From positions 1 through 33,621 of the IMG/VR virus record IMGVR_UViG_2799112904_000001: 33,621 bases of DNA; one strand, 5' to 3'. This stretch comes from a virus. The notes under the pieces were generated by a model. That model was not told where the DNA came from. It saw only the letters and a list, made by a program, of their open reading frames with translations, and did no database searches. Shown one piece after another: positions 7,581-16,315 of the stretch; position 1 is the first letter of the stretch; every line of letters starts with the position of its first letter. The position numbers and the translations under genes were made by a program.

Positions 7581-8085
7581 TTATTTCATCTCCTTTTTTA
7601 TATTTCCAAAAAAACCCACCAGCAGTTTTTCTTTCTCCACGACATACATCTGTTATGTGTGTTGTGTGTGGATTTTCTTTTCTTGCTATTTTTATACTTG
7701 GATATTCTTTAATAAAATTTCCTTGTAAATCAAATTGACATACTGGACTTATTCTTGTAGGTAATAATAATTTTAATTTATATGCATGCTTTGTGTTATC
7801 ACTTGGTGTCACCCATTCTAAATTATTAACATTGTTATTGAGTTTATTACCGTCTTTATGATTAATTTGTAACAATTTTTTTGGATTAGGTATAAATGCT
7901 TCTGCTACTAATCTATGAATGTTAAAATATTTTTTCTTATTGTTTTTGCTAAGTTTAACTCCATAATAAGTCCTTAAACTTTTGTACAAGTTTTTGTTTT
8001 TCCCAATTCTTTTTACTTCTCCTTTATTGCTTACTTGATATAAGCCTTCATATCCTTTTATATCTTTCCATATTTCCTTATCCAT
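7573..8085 (-). CDS. NUMOD4 + HNH + NUMOD1/IENR1 homing endonuclease between holin and endolysin
   Basis: EIWKDIKGYEGLYQVSN; IHRLVAEAFIPNP...INHKDGNK.NN.V.NLEW; V.QFDL.G.FIKEY.SI..A...CRG.RKTAGGF.WKY. Confidence 0.92.
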   Translation of the reverse strand: MDKEIWKDIKGYEGLYQVSNKGEVKRIGKNKNLYKSLRTYYGVKLSKNNKKKYFNIHRLVAEAFIPNPKKLLQINHKDGNKLNNNVNNLEWVTPSDNTKHAYKLKLLLPTRISPVCQFDLQGNFIKEYPSIKIARKENPHTTHITDVCRGERKTAGGFFWKYKKGDEING

Positions 8086-8095
8086 ATTATCATCT

Positions 8096-8168
8096 CCCTT
8101 ATAAATGATTGAGGGTAGATAAGGGCTACCCTCTTTTTAATTATACTAATAAATTATATATTTTGCAA
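8096..8168 (-). promoter_or_regulatory. Promoter and SD-sequestering leader of HNH gene 7573-8085
   Basis: TTGCAA(8163-8168)-17-TATAAT(8140-8145); stem GAGGGTAG/CTACCCTC whose loop CCCTTAT is complementary to ATAAGGG overlapping the SD. Confidence 0.7.
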
Positions 8169-8372
8169 ATCGTCGTCTTTTTTCAATAACGACAAAGTTA
8201 AATTTGTAATAGCACTAACTCCAGAGGCTATTGTACCTATTATTAAGCCTTTTATAGCCTCTTTATCAGTAAAGTCAGTAGTAGATATGCTTACAGTTAA
8301 ATAAGCAACTATACCTTGTATAAACGTTTTTAAACATCTAATTCCTATATCTTTCCAATTAATTTTTTTCAT
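8154..8372 (-). CDS. Holin (r1t-holin-like)
   Basis: WKDIGIRCLKTFIQ; two hydrophobic segments; GAGGAGG SD before the ATG at 8372; lies upstream of the endolysin. Confidence 0.8.
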   Translation of the reverse strand: MKKINWKDIGIRCLKTFIQGIVAYLTVSISTTDFTDKEAIKGLIIGTIASGVSAITNLTLSLLKKDDDLQNI

Positions 8373-8385
8373 AATTACCTCCTCT

Positions 8386-11151
8386 TTACTCAATTAATCC
8401 ATATCCTCTTAATACATTTTCAAGTGTCCCTTTTGATATAAAATGATTAACTCCTACATTTTGATAATTTGTATATGATAAATTAGTAGCATATAAGTTA
8501 CCGTTAGCATCAATATTTGAACTATAACCAGTTTTTATAACTCCACCTTTAGATGATGAAGCATAATCAGTATTTTTAACATAATCTGTTAAATCTACAT
8601 AGGTTTCTGCATCTATAATAAATGGCAAATCTGTATTTGTTTGAGAAATGTTAGTTTGTGTATCATAAGCAAGTGCATATTGTAAATTGTCTAATTGAGT
8701 TTGTAATGTATCATTTAATAATGTGTATGTTGGTGTTGCAAGAACATAATAAACCGTTGTATTATGTGATGACAACCATGTTTTAAAATCATCTGCAGTT
8801 TCAGTCCCAGCCAAACTTCCTTGCGTTTTTACTATCATATTTGAGTCAAACCACATCCCCACAACTTGCTCACTCCATGTAGATGTTGCTTTAAAATAAT
8901 TACATAGTAATAACTTGCCATCGGTAGTTTGTTGATTTACACTAGGCCTATATTGATAATAATATTTATTATCTGTTAGTCGAGTTCTTTGCCAACCTTC
9001 ACTACCATTTAAAACCTTTTTCCCTATTCTATTTAATTTATACCATTTATTCAATACTAATGAACTGTCATAATATGTGCTATCCATTGTATTTTTAAAT
9101 AATACATCTTTATAATCACTTATTTTGCATAGTTCTATATCACCTAAATTAATAGGATATTCTTGTGATTTTGTATTATCACTGTTTGATATAGTTATTG
9201 CATTATCTCCACTTATAGTGTGTACTGTTTGTGGATAACTTGGACTTGGTGAAGGTTGACCACCTGTATATGGTTCATAGTCTCCACCACTTGTAGAAAC
9301 CATTATTTCTGATATAGTAGTCGCTTCACTTCCATAGATATAGATTGCGGCTTTGTTTACATCAGAAGTAAACTCTGCAGTGTTTGAAGTTACATCATTA
9401 AGATTAACTGTTTTTTGATATCCACCATCGCCCTTAAATGTAAATAATACATTATTATTAACACTTTTCTTTAATGAAAGTGTGTAAGTTCCTGCTGGTA
9501 TTGTCTGAATTGTAGTATCTCTTAATACATATTCGTTACCCGTTTCTGTAGTATATGAACTATTTAAAGACCATTTGTTTTTCCCTGTTGTTGTTACTTG
9601 ACTTGATGTTGTTGTATCAAGATTTAATTTCATAATTGTATCTGATGTATCATTTAATGTAATATTTGTACCTGTTGCTGTTATTTTACCAAATAGATTA
9701 GTTAAACTAAATAAATAATCATATTTAGTATTTACATCATCTTTAATAATAACATCATTATCATATACACATTTTGCACTAGGATATTGAACATCAGTTG
9801 AACTTGATGAAATGCTTGTTACTTTATTATTAGCAGTTTCTAGATTTTTACCTGTAATAACATTTTCAAGTGTTCCTTTTGATATAAAGTTAGCATCTGC
9901 ACCAACACTATATTGTGAAAAAGTTTGCACCGTTCCGTATGGTATTCCATTTGAATTTACGTTAATTAAAGAACCAGTTTTTATAACTCCACCTTTAGAT
10001 GATGTAGCATAATTTGTGTTTTTTACATAATTTGTTAAATCACTTTGGTCTAATTTATTATTCCAAGTAGTTTTTTCTGTACTTGTTACAAATAAATTAG
10101 TCTGATTAGTGTCATCTACTAAATCACTTGGTAATTTATTAGTAGGTGAAATTGTATTTTGTTTCGCATTAAGTAAAGTGTCAGTCTCGCTTTTTGTATA
10201 ATATGGGCCTTCGCTTCCTACATATACCCAACTACCAACATGATTCACTATTACCCATCTATAATAAGAAATAGCATTATCATGAGTACTATCTTGCATA
10301 ACCTTAATAATATCGTTAGCTTTAATATGTTGCGTATCATAATCAACTAAATCTTGATATGTACTTACAACATCAACAACGTCAGAACTTACTGTTATAG
10401 CGTCAATCTGATTTTGTAAACTATTATCTGCATTTTCTCTTGCAATTCTTTCATTACCTACTGCATTATTTATAGCGGTTTGCATATCAGTTGATTTTGT
10501 ATAATATGTTAAATCATCGACATCTTTTGTAATAAAATTACTTACGTCAGGTATATCGCTCATATTTGCCTTATTATTCCAATATGTAATATCATTATCA
10601 GTTATTGAATATGCAGGGCTATTTGTAAAGATTGGATCTGTCTCTTCTGTTACCAGCGTAAGATTACCACCACTTAATATTGATTCATTATTAATAGTCT
10701 TGATGTTAACTCCACTGATTAACTTATCTTGCTTATTCGCTTTTAAATCAGTAATATCATTTGTATTCTTTTGAATAGCAGTTTCCATTTGTTCTTTATC
10801 TGTTGGAGTTAATGGCTCAGTATTATCAGGATCTCCTGTATATGTTCCACTTGTAATGTATTTATTTACTGGTGATGTTGATTGAACTAATATATCAGTA
10901 TCTGCGTCATAGCCATATACACCAATTTTAATAGTTCCTTCCATTACAGTTGCTTCATATGGTACTTGTGCGACATTATCAGTTATTAACATATCATAAC
11001 TATTGTCTTCAACAAAATAACGAACTTTATTTACTAATCCATTAAATTCAGGACTAAGTTCTACTTGAACTGTATGAACATTATAATCCCCGACATTCCA
11101 TATCTCGTTCTCTTTTATTTCGCATAAATCTTTTGTTACTTTTATTTTCAT
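8386..11151 (-). CDS. Tail fibre / receptor-binding protein with BppU-like N-terminus
   Basis: 921 aa, Thr/Asn-rich; N-terminal F....NG..............VP.E......IKIGVYG; KQDKLISG.NIKTIN..SIL..GN repeat typical of tail fibres. Confidence 0.75.
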   Translation of the reverse strand: MKIKVTKDLCEIKENEIWNVGDYNVHTVQVELSPEFNGLVNKVRYFVEDNSYDMLITDNVAQVPYEATVMEGTIKIGVYGYDADTDILVQSTSPVNKYITSGTYTGDPDNTEPLTPTDKEQMETAIQKNTNDITDLKANKQDKLISGVNIKTINNESILSGGNLTLVTEETDPIFTNSPAYSITDNDITYWNNKANMSDIPDVSNFITKDVDDLTYYTKSTDMQTAINNAVGNERIARENADNSLQNQIDAITVSSDVVDVVSTYQDLVDYDTQHIKANDIIKVMQDSTHDNAISYYRWVIVNHVGSWVYVGSEGPYYTKSETDTLLNAKQNTISPTNKLPSDLVDDTNQTNLFVTSTEKTTWNNKLDQSDLTNYVKNTNYATSSKGGVIKTGSLINVNSNGIPYGTVQTFSQYSVGADANFISKGTLENVITGKNLETANNKVTSISSSSTDVQYPSAKCVYDNDVIIKDDVNTKYDYLFSLTNLFGKITATGTNITLNDTSDTIMKLNLDTTTSSQVTTTGKNKWSLNSSYTTETGNEYVLRDTTIQTIPAGTYTLSLKKSVNNNVLFTFKGDGGYQKTVNLNDVTSNTAEFTSDVNKAAIYIYGSEATTISEIMVSTSGGDYEPYTGGQPSPSPSYPQTVHTISGDNAITISNSDNTKSQEYPINLGDIELCKISDYKDVLFKNTMDSTYYDSSLVLNKWYKLNRIGKKVLNGSEGWQRTRLTDNKYYYQYRPSVNQQTTDGKLLLCNYFKATSTWSEQVVGMWFDSNMIVKTQGSLAGTETADDFKTWLSSHNTTVYYVLATPTYTLLNDTLQTQLDNLQYALAYDTQTNISQTNTDLPFIIDAETYVDLTDYVKNTDYASSSKGGVIKTGYSSNIDANGNLYATNLSYTNYQNVGVNHFISKGTLENVLRGYGLIE
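8415..10004. repeat. In-frame internal duplication in the tail fibre gene (offset 1446 nt)
   Basis: 33-bp identity 8526-8558/9972-10004 and 27/28-bp match 8415-8442/9861-9888. Confidence 0.9.
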
Positions 11152-11163
11152 ATTTTACCTCCT

Positions 11164-11496
11164 TTATTTTAAAATATCTGTTGTAACAATTTTCCAGTTT
11201 TCTATTTTTCTTTTTAATGTATGACAATAATCATTTCCACCTAGACTTTCATACATTTTCATTGAGTTTAACCAATTTTTATATACATAATCAGGTATTT
11301 CTTCAATAGAAGCATATTTATAATAAGTATTAGTTAAATTATTTTGTAATATAGTCATTAATGCATCCTTTAAAATTTTACCTTCTTCTTCTTTTTGATT
11401 TAATTTTTTTTTATAATTTCTCATACTATTTAAACAATACCCTAAAACACTACTCACTGAGAATGTTAAAATTGTATTCAAAAAAAGTTGTGTCAT
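11164..11496 (-). CDS. Membrane-anchored phage protein often found near lysis genes
   Basis: N-terminal hydrophobic helix, coiled coil, Y..Y.....I......NW......YESLGGN motif. Confidence 0.65.
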   Translation of the reverse strand: MTQLFLNTILTFSVSSVLGYCLNSMRNYKKKLNQKEEEGKILKDALMTILQNNLTNTYYKYASIEEIPDYVYKNWLNSMKMYESLGGNDYCHTLKRKIENWKIVTTDILK

Positions 11497-11537
11497 AATT
11501 TATCCTTTCCCGACCTAGACCTGACCTATCTTTGATA

Positions 11538-11566
11538 ATTATAACACGACTTACTATTTTTTTCAA
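11538..11566 (-). promoter_or_regulatory. sigmaA-type promoter for the fibre/lysis genes
   Basis: TTGAAA-17-TATAAT with TG extension. Confidence 0.7.
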
Positions 11567-11567
11567 A

Positions 11568-11687
11568 TTAATTGTTTATCATAACTTTTAATTTATCTAA
11601 TTCTTTTTCTATCTCATTTATTGTATTATTTAGACTAATTATTTCTTTTTTTACTTTTAATATACCTAATTTATATAATAACCACAT
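11568..11687 (-). CDS. 39-aa coiled-coil microprotein (MWLLYKLGILK...), not in the ORF track
   Basis: GAGGA SD; tightly packed. Confidence 0.65.
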   Translation of the reverse strand: MWLLYKLGILKVKKEIISLNNTINEIEKELDKLKVMINN

Positions 11688-11695
11688 AATTCCTC

Positions 11696-11830
11696 CTAGT
11701 TTACTTCTTTTGATATTTCTTCTACCAATATATCAATATTATCTAATATATAGTTTTTTATAAGTTCATCATCAATATTGAAACCTTTATCTTCTTTTAA
11801 ACATTGTAGCATACATATTATATCTTCCAT
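11696..11830 (-). CDS. 44-aa acidic microprotein (MEDIICMLQCLKED...), not in the ORF track
   Basis: AGGAGAG SD; similar to ORF 1265-1399. Confidence 0.7.
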   Translation of the reverse strand: MEDIICMLQCLKEDKGFNIDDELIKNYILDNIDILVEEISKEVN

Positions 11831-11839
11831 ATTACTCTC

Positions 11840-12085
11840 CTATCCAGCTATTCTTTCGCAATAATTTTTTGAATGATTTTTCATACAGTTATTTACTGCT
11901 TCATTTTTTTGTTTTGTTAAATTTATACAAGCAATAATAAATAATGCAATTAATAAAATTATTAAAATGCCTTTTGCTAATCCTAAAACATCAATTAAAG
12001 ATTTAGCAGTTACCTTCTTTTTTAATTGCTTTTTGTGATTTTGATGTATAATATCTAACATCTTTTTGCTTTCTAAATCGTTCAT
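11840..12085 (-). CDS. Single-pass membrane protein (81 aa)
   Basis: GILIILLIALFIIACI helix; start moved to 12085 after AGGAG because 12109 lies at the predicted transcription start. Confidence 0.75.
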   Translation of the reverse strand: MNDLESKKMLDIIHQNHKKQLKKKVTAKSLIDVLGLAKGILIILLIALFIIACINLTKQKNEAVNNCMKNHSKNYCERIAG

Positions 12086-12104
12086 TTTTTCTCCTACCTT
12101 TCTG

Positions 12105-12151
12105 TACATTATAATTATAACACATATTTGTTAGTTTGTAAACACTTTTTT
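12105..12151 (-). promoter_or_regulatory. sigmaA early promoter, twin copy B
   Basis: TTTACA(12137-12142)-17-TATAAT(12114-12119); 45/47 identical to 4371-4417. Confidence 0.88.
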
Positions 12152-12154
12152 AAT

Positions 12155-12180
12155 AAAAAAAGAACTTTTTTGTTCTTTTT
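12155..12180 (-). terminator. Intrinsic terminator (weak, possibly bidirectional)
   Basis: AAAAAGAAC/GTTCTTTTT hairpin with a U-run. Confidence 0.55.
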
Positions 12181-12424
12181 AATTAATCTGTTGTTTTTTG
12201 AAACTTTCTCCATTCGTTCCAAAGTAAAGTTCCACCTTCTTTTTTATATTTTTTATATTGCTTTTTATTATTTCTTTTTTAAAATTGCTTATTCCATATT
12301 TTTTTATTGATTTTTTCAAAATTTTTCCACTACCCATATATTTGTCATTAATGTTTTTGTATTTGTGTTGCCCTATATATGTTTTTCCATTAATTAAATT
12401 TATTATTCTATAAATATAATACAT
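12179..12424 (-). pseudogene. Truncated GIY-YIG (SegA-like) homing endonuclease
   Basis: [19 protein letters not shown]....Y.GSG..LK.SIKKYG..NF.KEII; the expected catalytic Glu helix and GYN motif are absent. Confidence 0.75.
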
Positions 12425-12447
12425 TTTGAATCACCAATATTATTATA

Positions 12448-12927
12448 TCACACATCTGTTGTTTTTGTATATTCTAAAGCAATATATATTTCCGATGGGA
12501 ATAGACCTCCAATGTTATCAATATGAACTTCTGTATCATTAACATAAATAACTAATTTAATTGCACTATCATTTGTACCGCCAACTAAATTAAACACATT
12601 TCCTGATAGATGTTTTCTGATTGAATGAGCACTGTCTATCCAAATTAAATCTACATTTGCTATATTATGATTAAATGAACTAAGATTATTGCCTCTATTA
12701 AACACTTTTCTATAAATAGGTTTATTGTTAATCCAAGTTCCAACTCTTATTTCATCAGTGGAATAAGTTGTTGCATTTGTTAAATTTGTACTAATTGTAG
12801 TCATATCATCATCATTATTATTTACAACAGTTTTAATTTCATTCATATCATCATCGGTTATTTTATTGATATTTGGTATTTCTGCATTTTCATTAATTGC
12901 TACTTTATTTGCATACGTTAATTTCAT
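12448..12927 (-). CDS. Minor tail / fibre-associated protein
   Basis: YSTDEI.VGTWI..KPIYRKV...EYTKTTD C-terminal module common in phage tail proteins. Confidence 0.65.
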   Translation of the reverse strand: MKLTYANKVAINENAEIPNINKITDDDMNEIKTVVNNNDDDMTTISTNLTNATTYSTDEIRVGTWINNKPIYRKVFNRGNNLSSFNHNIANVDLIWIDSAHSIRKHLSGNVFNLVGGTNDSAIKLVIYVNDTEVHIDNIGGLFPSEIYIALEYTKTTDV

Positions 12928-12938
12928 ATTTTACCTCC

Positions 12939-14810
12939 TTAATCCACGTAAACGCTCTGACTTATTTTATAATACTTGCCGATTTCTAACTCAGGACGTA
13001 TAGTATTATAAATAGTATTCTCATCATTTGAAATAAAATCTATACTTGATATTTCTTTATCAATATATATCATAAATTCTGTATAACAGTCTCGAGCTGT
13101 AATAGTAAAATCTATATTTAATATTTTATTAGTATTATCACTATAATTTATTCTTATTTTTGTTGCTTTTGCATTGTTATAATCTTTTACATTAGAAACA
13201 CTTGAATTAATTCTATTAGAGCCTACTTGATTAAATATTTGATTATTAGGATCATTATTATTAATCATTCTTAAAGTAACATAGAAATTAATGTTTAAGT
13301 TTTCATAAATGTTTTTTGCAATACTTTCTTGATTATTCATTAATACATAATTTGTTTCTCCGATTAAACTTTGTTTATAAATTGTAACATCATTCAAATT
13401 AGTGTTAGGAATATTTAATGTTGATATAGTAGTATTAGCATTTATAATTTTATTATATAAATTTCTAGCAAATATCATTTTGTTATTATTATCATATAAT
13501 CTTGCTTTAGTTGGAGATAATGAATTGATATTCGAATATGATTCACCATTGTAATTAATAGAATTATAATCAAAAACAATTTTTTTAGTAGTATTAGTTG
13601 TTGAATATAAAGGAAAATACATTTCTACTAAATTATATTTGTTTCTATAATAAAAATCTACATAGTCATATAATCCCGCAAAAATCTCTACTCCATTATA
13701 AGAACCTACTAAATTTAATATATATGAATTATCATTTTTAATATATCCAATATACAATTTTGTATCATCTGTATCTCTAAAATCCAAATAAAAATATACA
13801 CCATTATTTATTTCAAAAATCGTACAATATGACACTTTATAACCTGTATCACCATATACTAAATTATATTCATATATTGTTTCTACTTGATTATTATTAA
13901 TTTTATAAATTCCACCTTTACCGACTGATGTATACATCAAAAACAAATAAATATTATTCATATCTTTTACATATATCTGAGATAAAAACTGTACTAAATA
14001 AGGTAATGTTATTTTTTTTACTAAAGTATAATTATTATCATAAATTTTATATTCATAATATGATGAAGGATTATCTGTATCTATTCCATAAATGTAAAGA
14101 TTTTCTTCTCCAGTAGATTTATCTAATTTGACATCAAATCTTGTATAAAAAGCAACAGGAAGAATTGTTTCACTCCATTCATTAGACGCTCCTACATTTA
14201 TTACAAATTTAATTATTCTTTCTTTGCCATCTTCATTAAATATAATATAATAAGTTGCTCCATCAGGAGACTTTATTATTCTATTTTGCCTATATGGTGC
14301 TTGATTATAGTGATATGGAATAATATAATCATTCCTCAATATAACTTCATACTCACCACTAATTAAACCACTCGCAAAAATATTATTTAATAATAATACC
14401 TTACTTATCATATCATATTCTCCTATAGCGAATGTTAATCCATAGATATTATTATCTTCTGCTTGATTTAATGCTGTAATAGGATACAATTTTGTTCCAC
14501 TTGCAAATTCAGTTATCATTTGTATTTCGTTTAAATTACCATCTACTAAATATATAAATCCATAATAATTATCTGATGTATCTTTATAGTATCCATAAAT
14601 TAAATACTCTTCATACATTTCATTATATAATTTTCCTAATGCAACGACAGAATTTGCATTCTGCTCATTAATTAAAATATTATTTATATTTTCAGCAATA
14701 TTTTTATTCAATGTTTCGCTATTTTCAAAAGATGGAATATTATTACCATTTTCTATATCTAAATTGCCTGTTAAATATTTTAATAAATTATTTTTATAAT
14801 CTTGCGTCAT
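12939..14810 (-). CDS. Large minor tail/baseplate protein (beta-rich)
   Basis: 623 aa, second gene after the tape measure gene, Y/N/I-rich. Confidence 0.6.
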   Translation of the reverse strand: MTQDYKNNLLKYLTGNLDIENGNNIPSFENSETLNKNIAENINNILINEQNANSVVALGKLYNEMYEEYLIYGYYKDTSDNYYGFIYLVDGNLNEIQMITEFASGTKLYPITALNQAEDNNIYGLTFAIGEYDMISKVLLLNNIFASGLISGEYEVILRNDYIIPYHYNQAPYRQNRIIKSPDGATYYIIFNEDGKERIIKFVINVGASNEWSETILPVAFYTRFDVKLDKSTGEENLYIYGIDTDNPSSYYEYKIYDNNYTLVKKITLPYLVQFLSQIYVKDMNNIYLFLMYTSVGKGGIYKINNNQVETIYEYNLVYGDTGYKVSYCTIFEINNGVYFYLDFRDTDDTKLYIGYIKNDNSYILNLVGSYNGVEIFAGLYDYVDFYYRNKYNLVEMYFPLYSTTNTTKKIVFDYNSINYNGESYSNINSLSPTKARLYDNNNKMIFARNLYNKIINANTTISTLNIPNTNLNDVTIYKQSLIGETNYVLMNNQESIAKNIYENLNINFYVTLRMINNNDPNNQIFNQVGSNRINSSVSNVKDYNNAKATKIRINYSDNTNKILNIDFTITARDCYTEFMIYIDKEISSIDFISNDENTIYNTIRPELEIGKYYKISQSVYVD

Positions 14811-14818
14811 AATACCTC

Positions 14819-16315
14819 CTATTGTATAAATGGTGCATTTAATGAATTATTTAATACGTTATCATTAGTAATTGTTATTTCTTCTACAATTAAATTTTCC
14901 CATATTATATTAGCACTTGCTTCTAAGTCTATATTTCTTGTTATATATTCGCCTTTATTAATATTACCTTTTGCTTTATTTCTCTGATTATCAAACCAGT
15001 TAATAGCCTTTTCAGAATTATAACTTGATGTCAATGTGTAGACATAGAATACTTCAAATGTATTCTCGCCACTTGCATATATTTGAGTTGTTTTACTCTT
15101 TACCATATACCATTTTTTTAATTCATTAATCGGTGCATTGAAATATACACTAGAACCAATATTATATAAATTATCTTGATAAGTTTTTATTGTTAAATTT
15201 ATTTCTGGATAACCTTTATATTTGATATAAGTCTGTGCTATTTGCAATAATTCATCACTTGATAATACATCGTTTCGACTTTCATATCTTTCTATTACAC
15301 CATTTCTGCCTGTGTTTTGATTAATGCGATTAATTTCTTCAATGTTTGATACAACCTGTCTACCTTCTATTATTGGCGTATATGTAATTTCTATTACTGT
15401 GCCGGCAGGATATATATTCATGCTATCATTACTTACAAAACGTGCTTCTGTAGGCTTATAATAAAAATCTGTGTCAATTCCTAATTCTTTGTCATTCATT
15501 GTTGAAAATGTTTTTTCAATACCATTCACTAATATTGATGTTATACTTCCTATAGGTGTACTTGTAATAAATTCTCTTGTATAACCACTTGCAATTAAAG
15601 TTTCTTTATAATCAATAGAGCCAAATACTTGATTAGAAATTAAAGACTGTTTATTTCTATAATCTGATGTTGAATAACTAAACGATATATCTTGAATATT
15701 ATGTTCTTCAAAAAAACTTTGAGTATATTCTATTTCTGTTTGTTTAGTCATAAAATCAGGGTCATAAAAGTCTATTGCTATAGTATTTTGGTCTATCATT
15801 CTAGTAAACCATTTAGAACTACTTATCTCAGCAATATATTGAAATACATCGTACGCTGATTTATTTTGAGTATTATAAGCTCCGATAGTATCATCTGCTC
15901 CATATATTTCAACATTACCTAAAACAAAACCATAATCGCTTATTTCATCTATTATTAATTGTATAGATTCTAAAATCGTTTTATTATCAATAACAAAATC
16001 AAGTATTTTACCTTCGCTTAAGAATGTTTTATAATCTAATATCTCTAAAGAACAGAACTTAGGCTCTCTAGGATTTAAACTTATTTTACCTGTATTCTTT
16101 ACTACTCCACAGAATATTAACTCAGTATCGTGATATATTAAACATTGAGAATAATCTTTTGGGTAGTAAAAATTATTAACATAGTCATGATTCTCTTCCC
16201 AACTCTTAGGGTAACAATTATTCAAGATAGTTGAAGAAGTAGAAAGCATTTCTTCTTTAATCTCTACTAAATTATTACAAACTACTTCTTCATTGTCTAT
16301 ATACATTTTAATCAT
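14819..16315 (-). CDS. Tail tip / baseplate hub-like protein
   Basis: 498 aa, immediately after the tape measure gene; assigned by position. Confidence 0.6.
   Translation of the reverse strand: MIKMYIDNEEVVCNNLVEIKEEMLSTSSTILNNCYPKSWEENHDYVNNFYYPKDYSQCLIYHDTELIFCGVVKNTGKISLNPREPKFCSLEILDYKTFLSEGKILDFVIDNKTILESIQLIIDEISDYGFVLGNVEIYGADDTIGAYNTQNKSAYDVFQYIAEISSSKWFTRMIDQNTIAIDFYDPDFMTKQTEIEYTQSFFEEHNIQDISFSYSTSDYRNKQSLISNQVFGSIDYKETLIASGYTREFITSTPIGSITSILVNGIEKTFSTMNDKELGIDTDFYYKPTEARFVSNDSMNIYPAGTVIEITYTPIIEGRQVVSNIEEINRINQNTGRNGVIERYESRNDVLSSDELLQIAQTYIKYKGYPEINLTIKTYQDNLYNIGSSVYFNAPINELKKWYMVKSKTTQIYASGENTFEVFYVYTLTSSYNSEKAINWFDNQRNKAKGNINKGEYITRNIDLEASANIIWENLIVEEITITNDNVLNNSLNAPFIQ

Noticed and set aside
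8415-10004. Diversity-generating retroelement TR/VR pair in the tail fibre gene
   Set aside because: Differences between the copies are not confined to adenines, both copies are inside the ORF, and no reverse transcriptase is encoded
4371-12151. CRISPR-like or mini-array reading of the repeated elements
   Set aside because: Repeats occur only as distant pairs, match promoter or SD junctions, and have no regular spacers or cas genes
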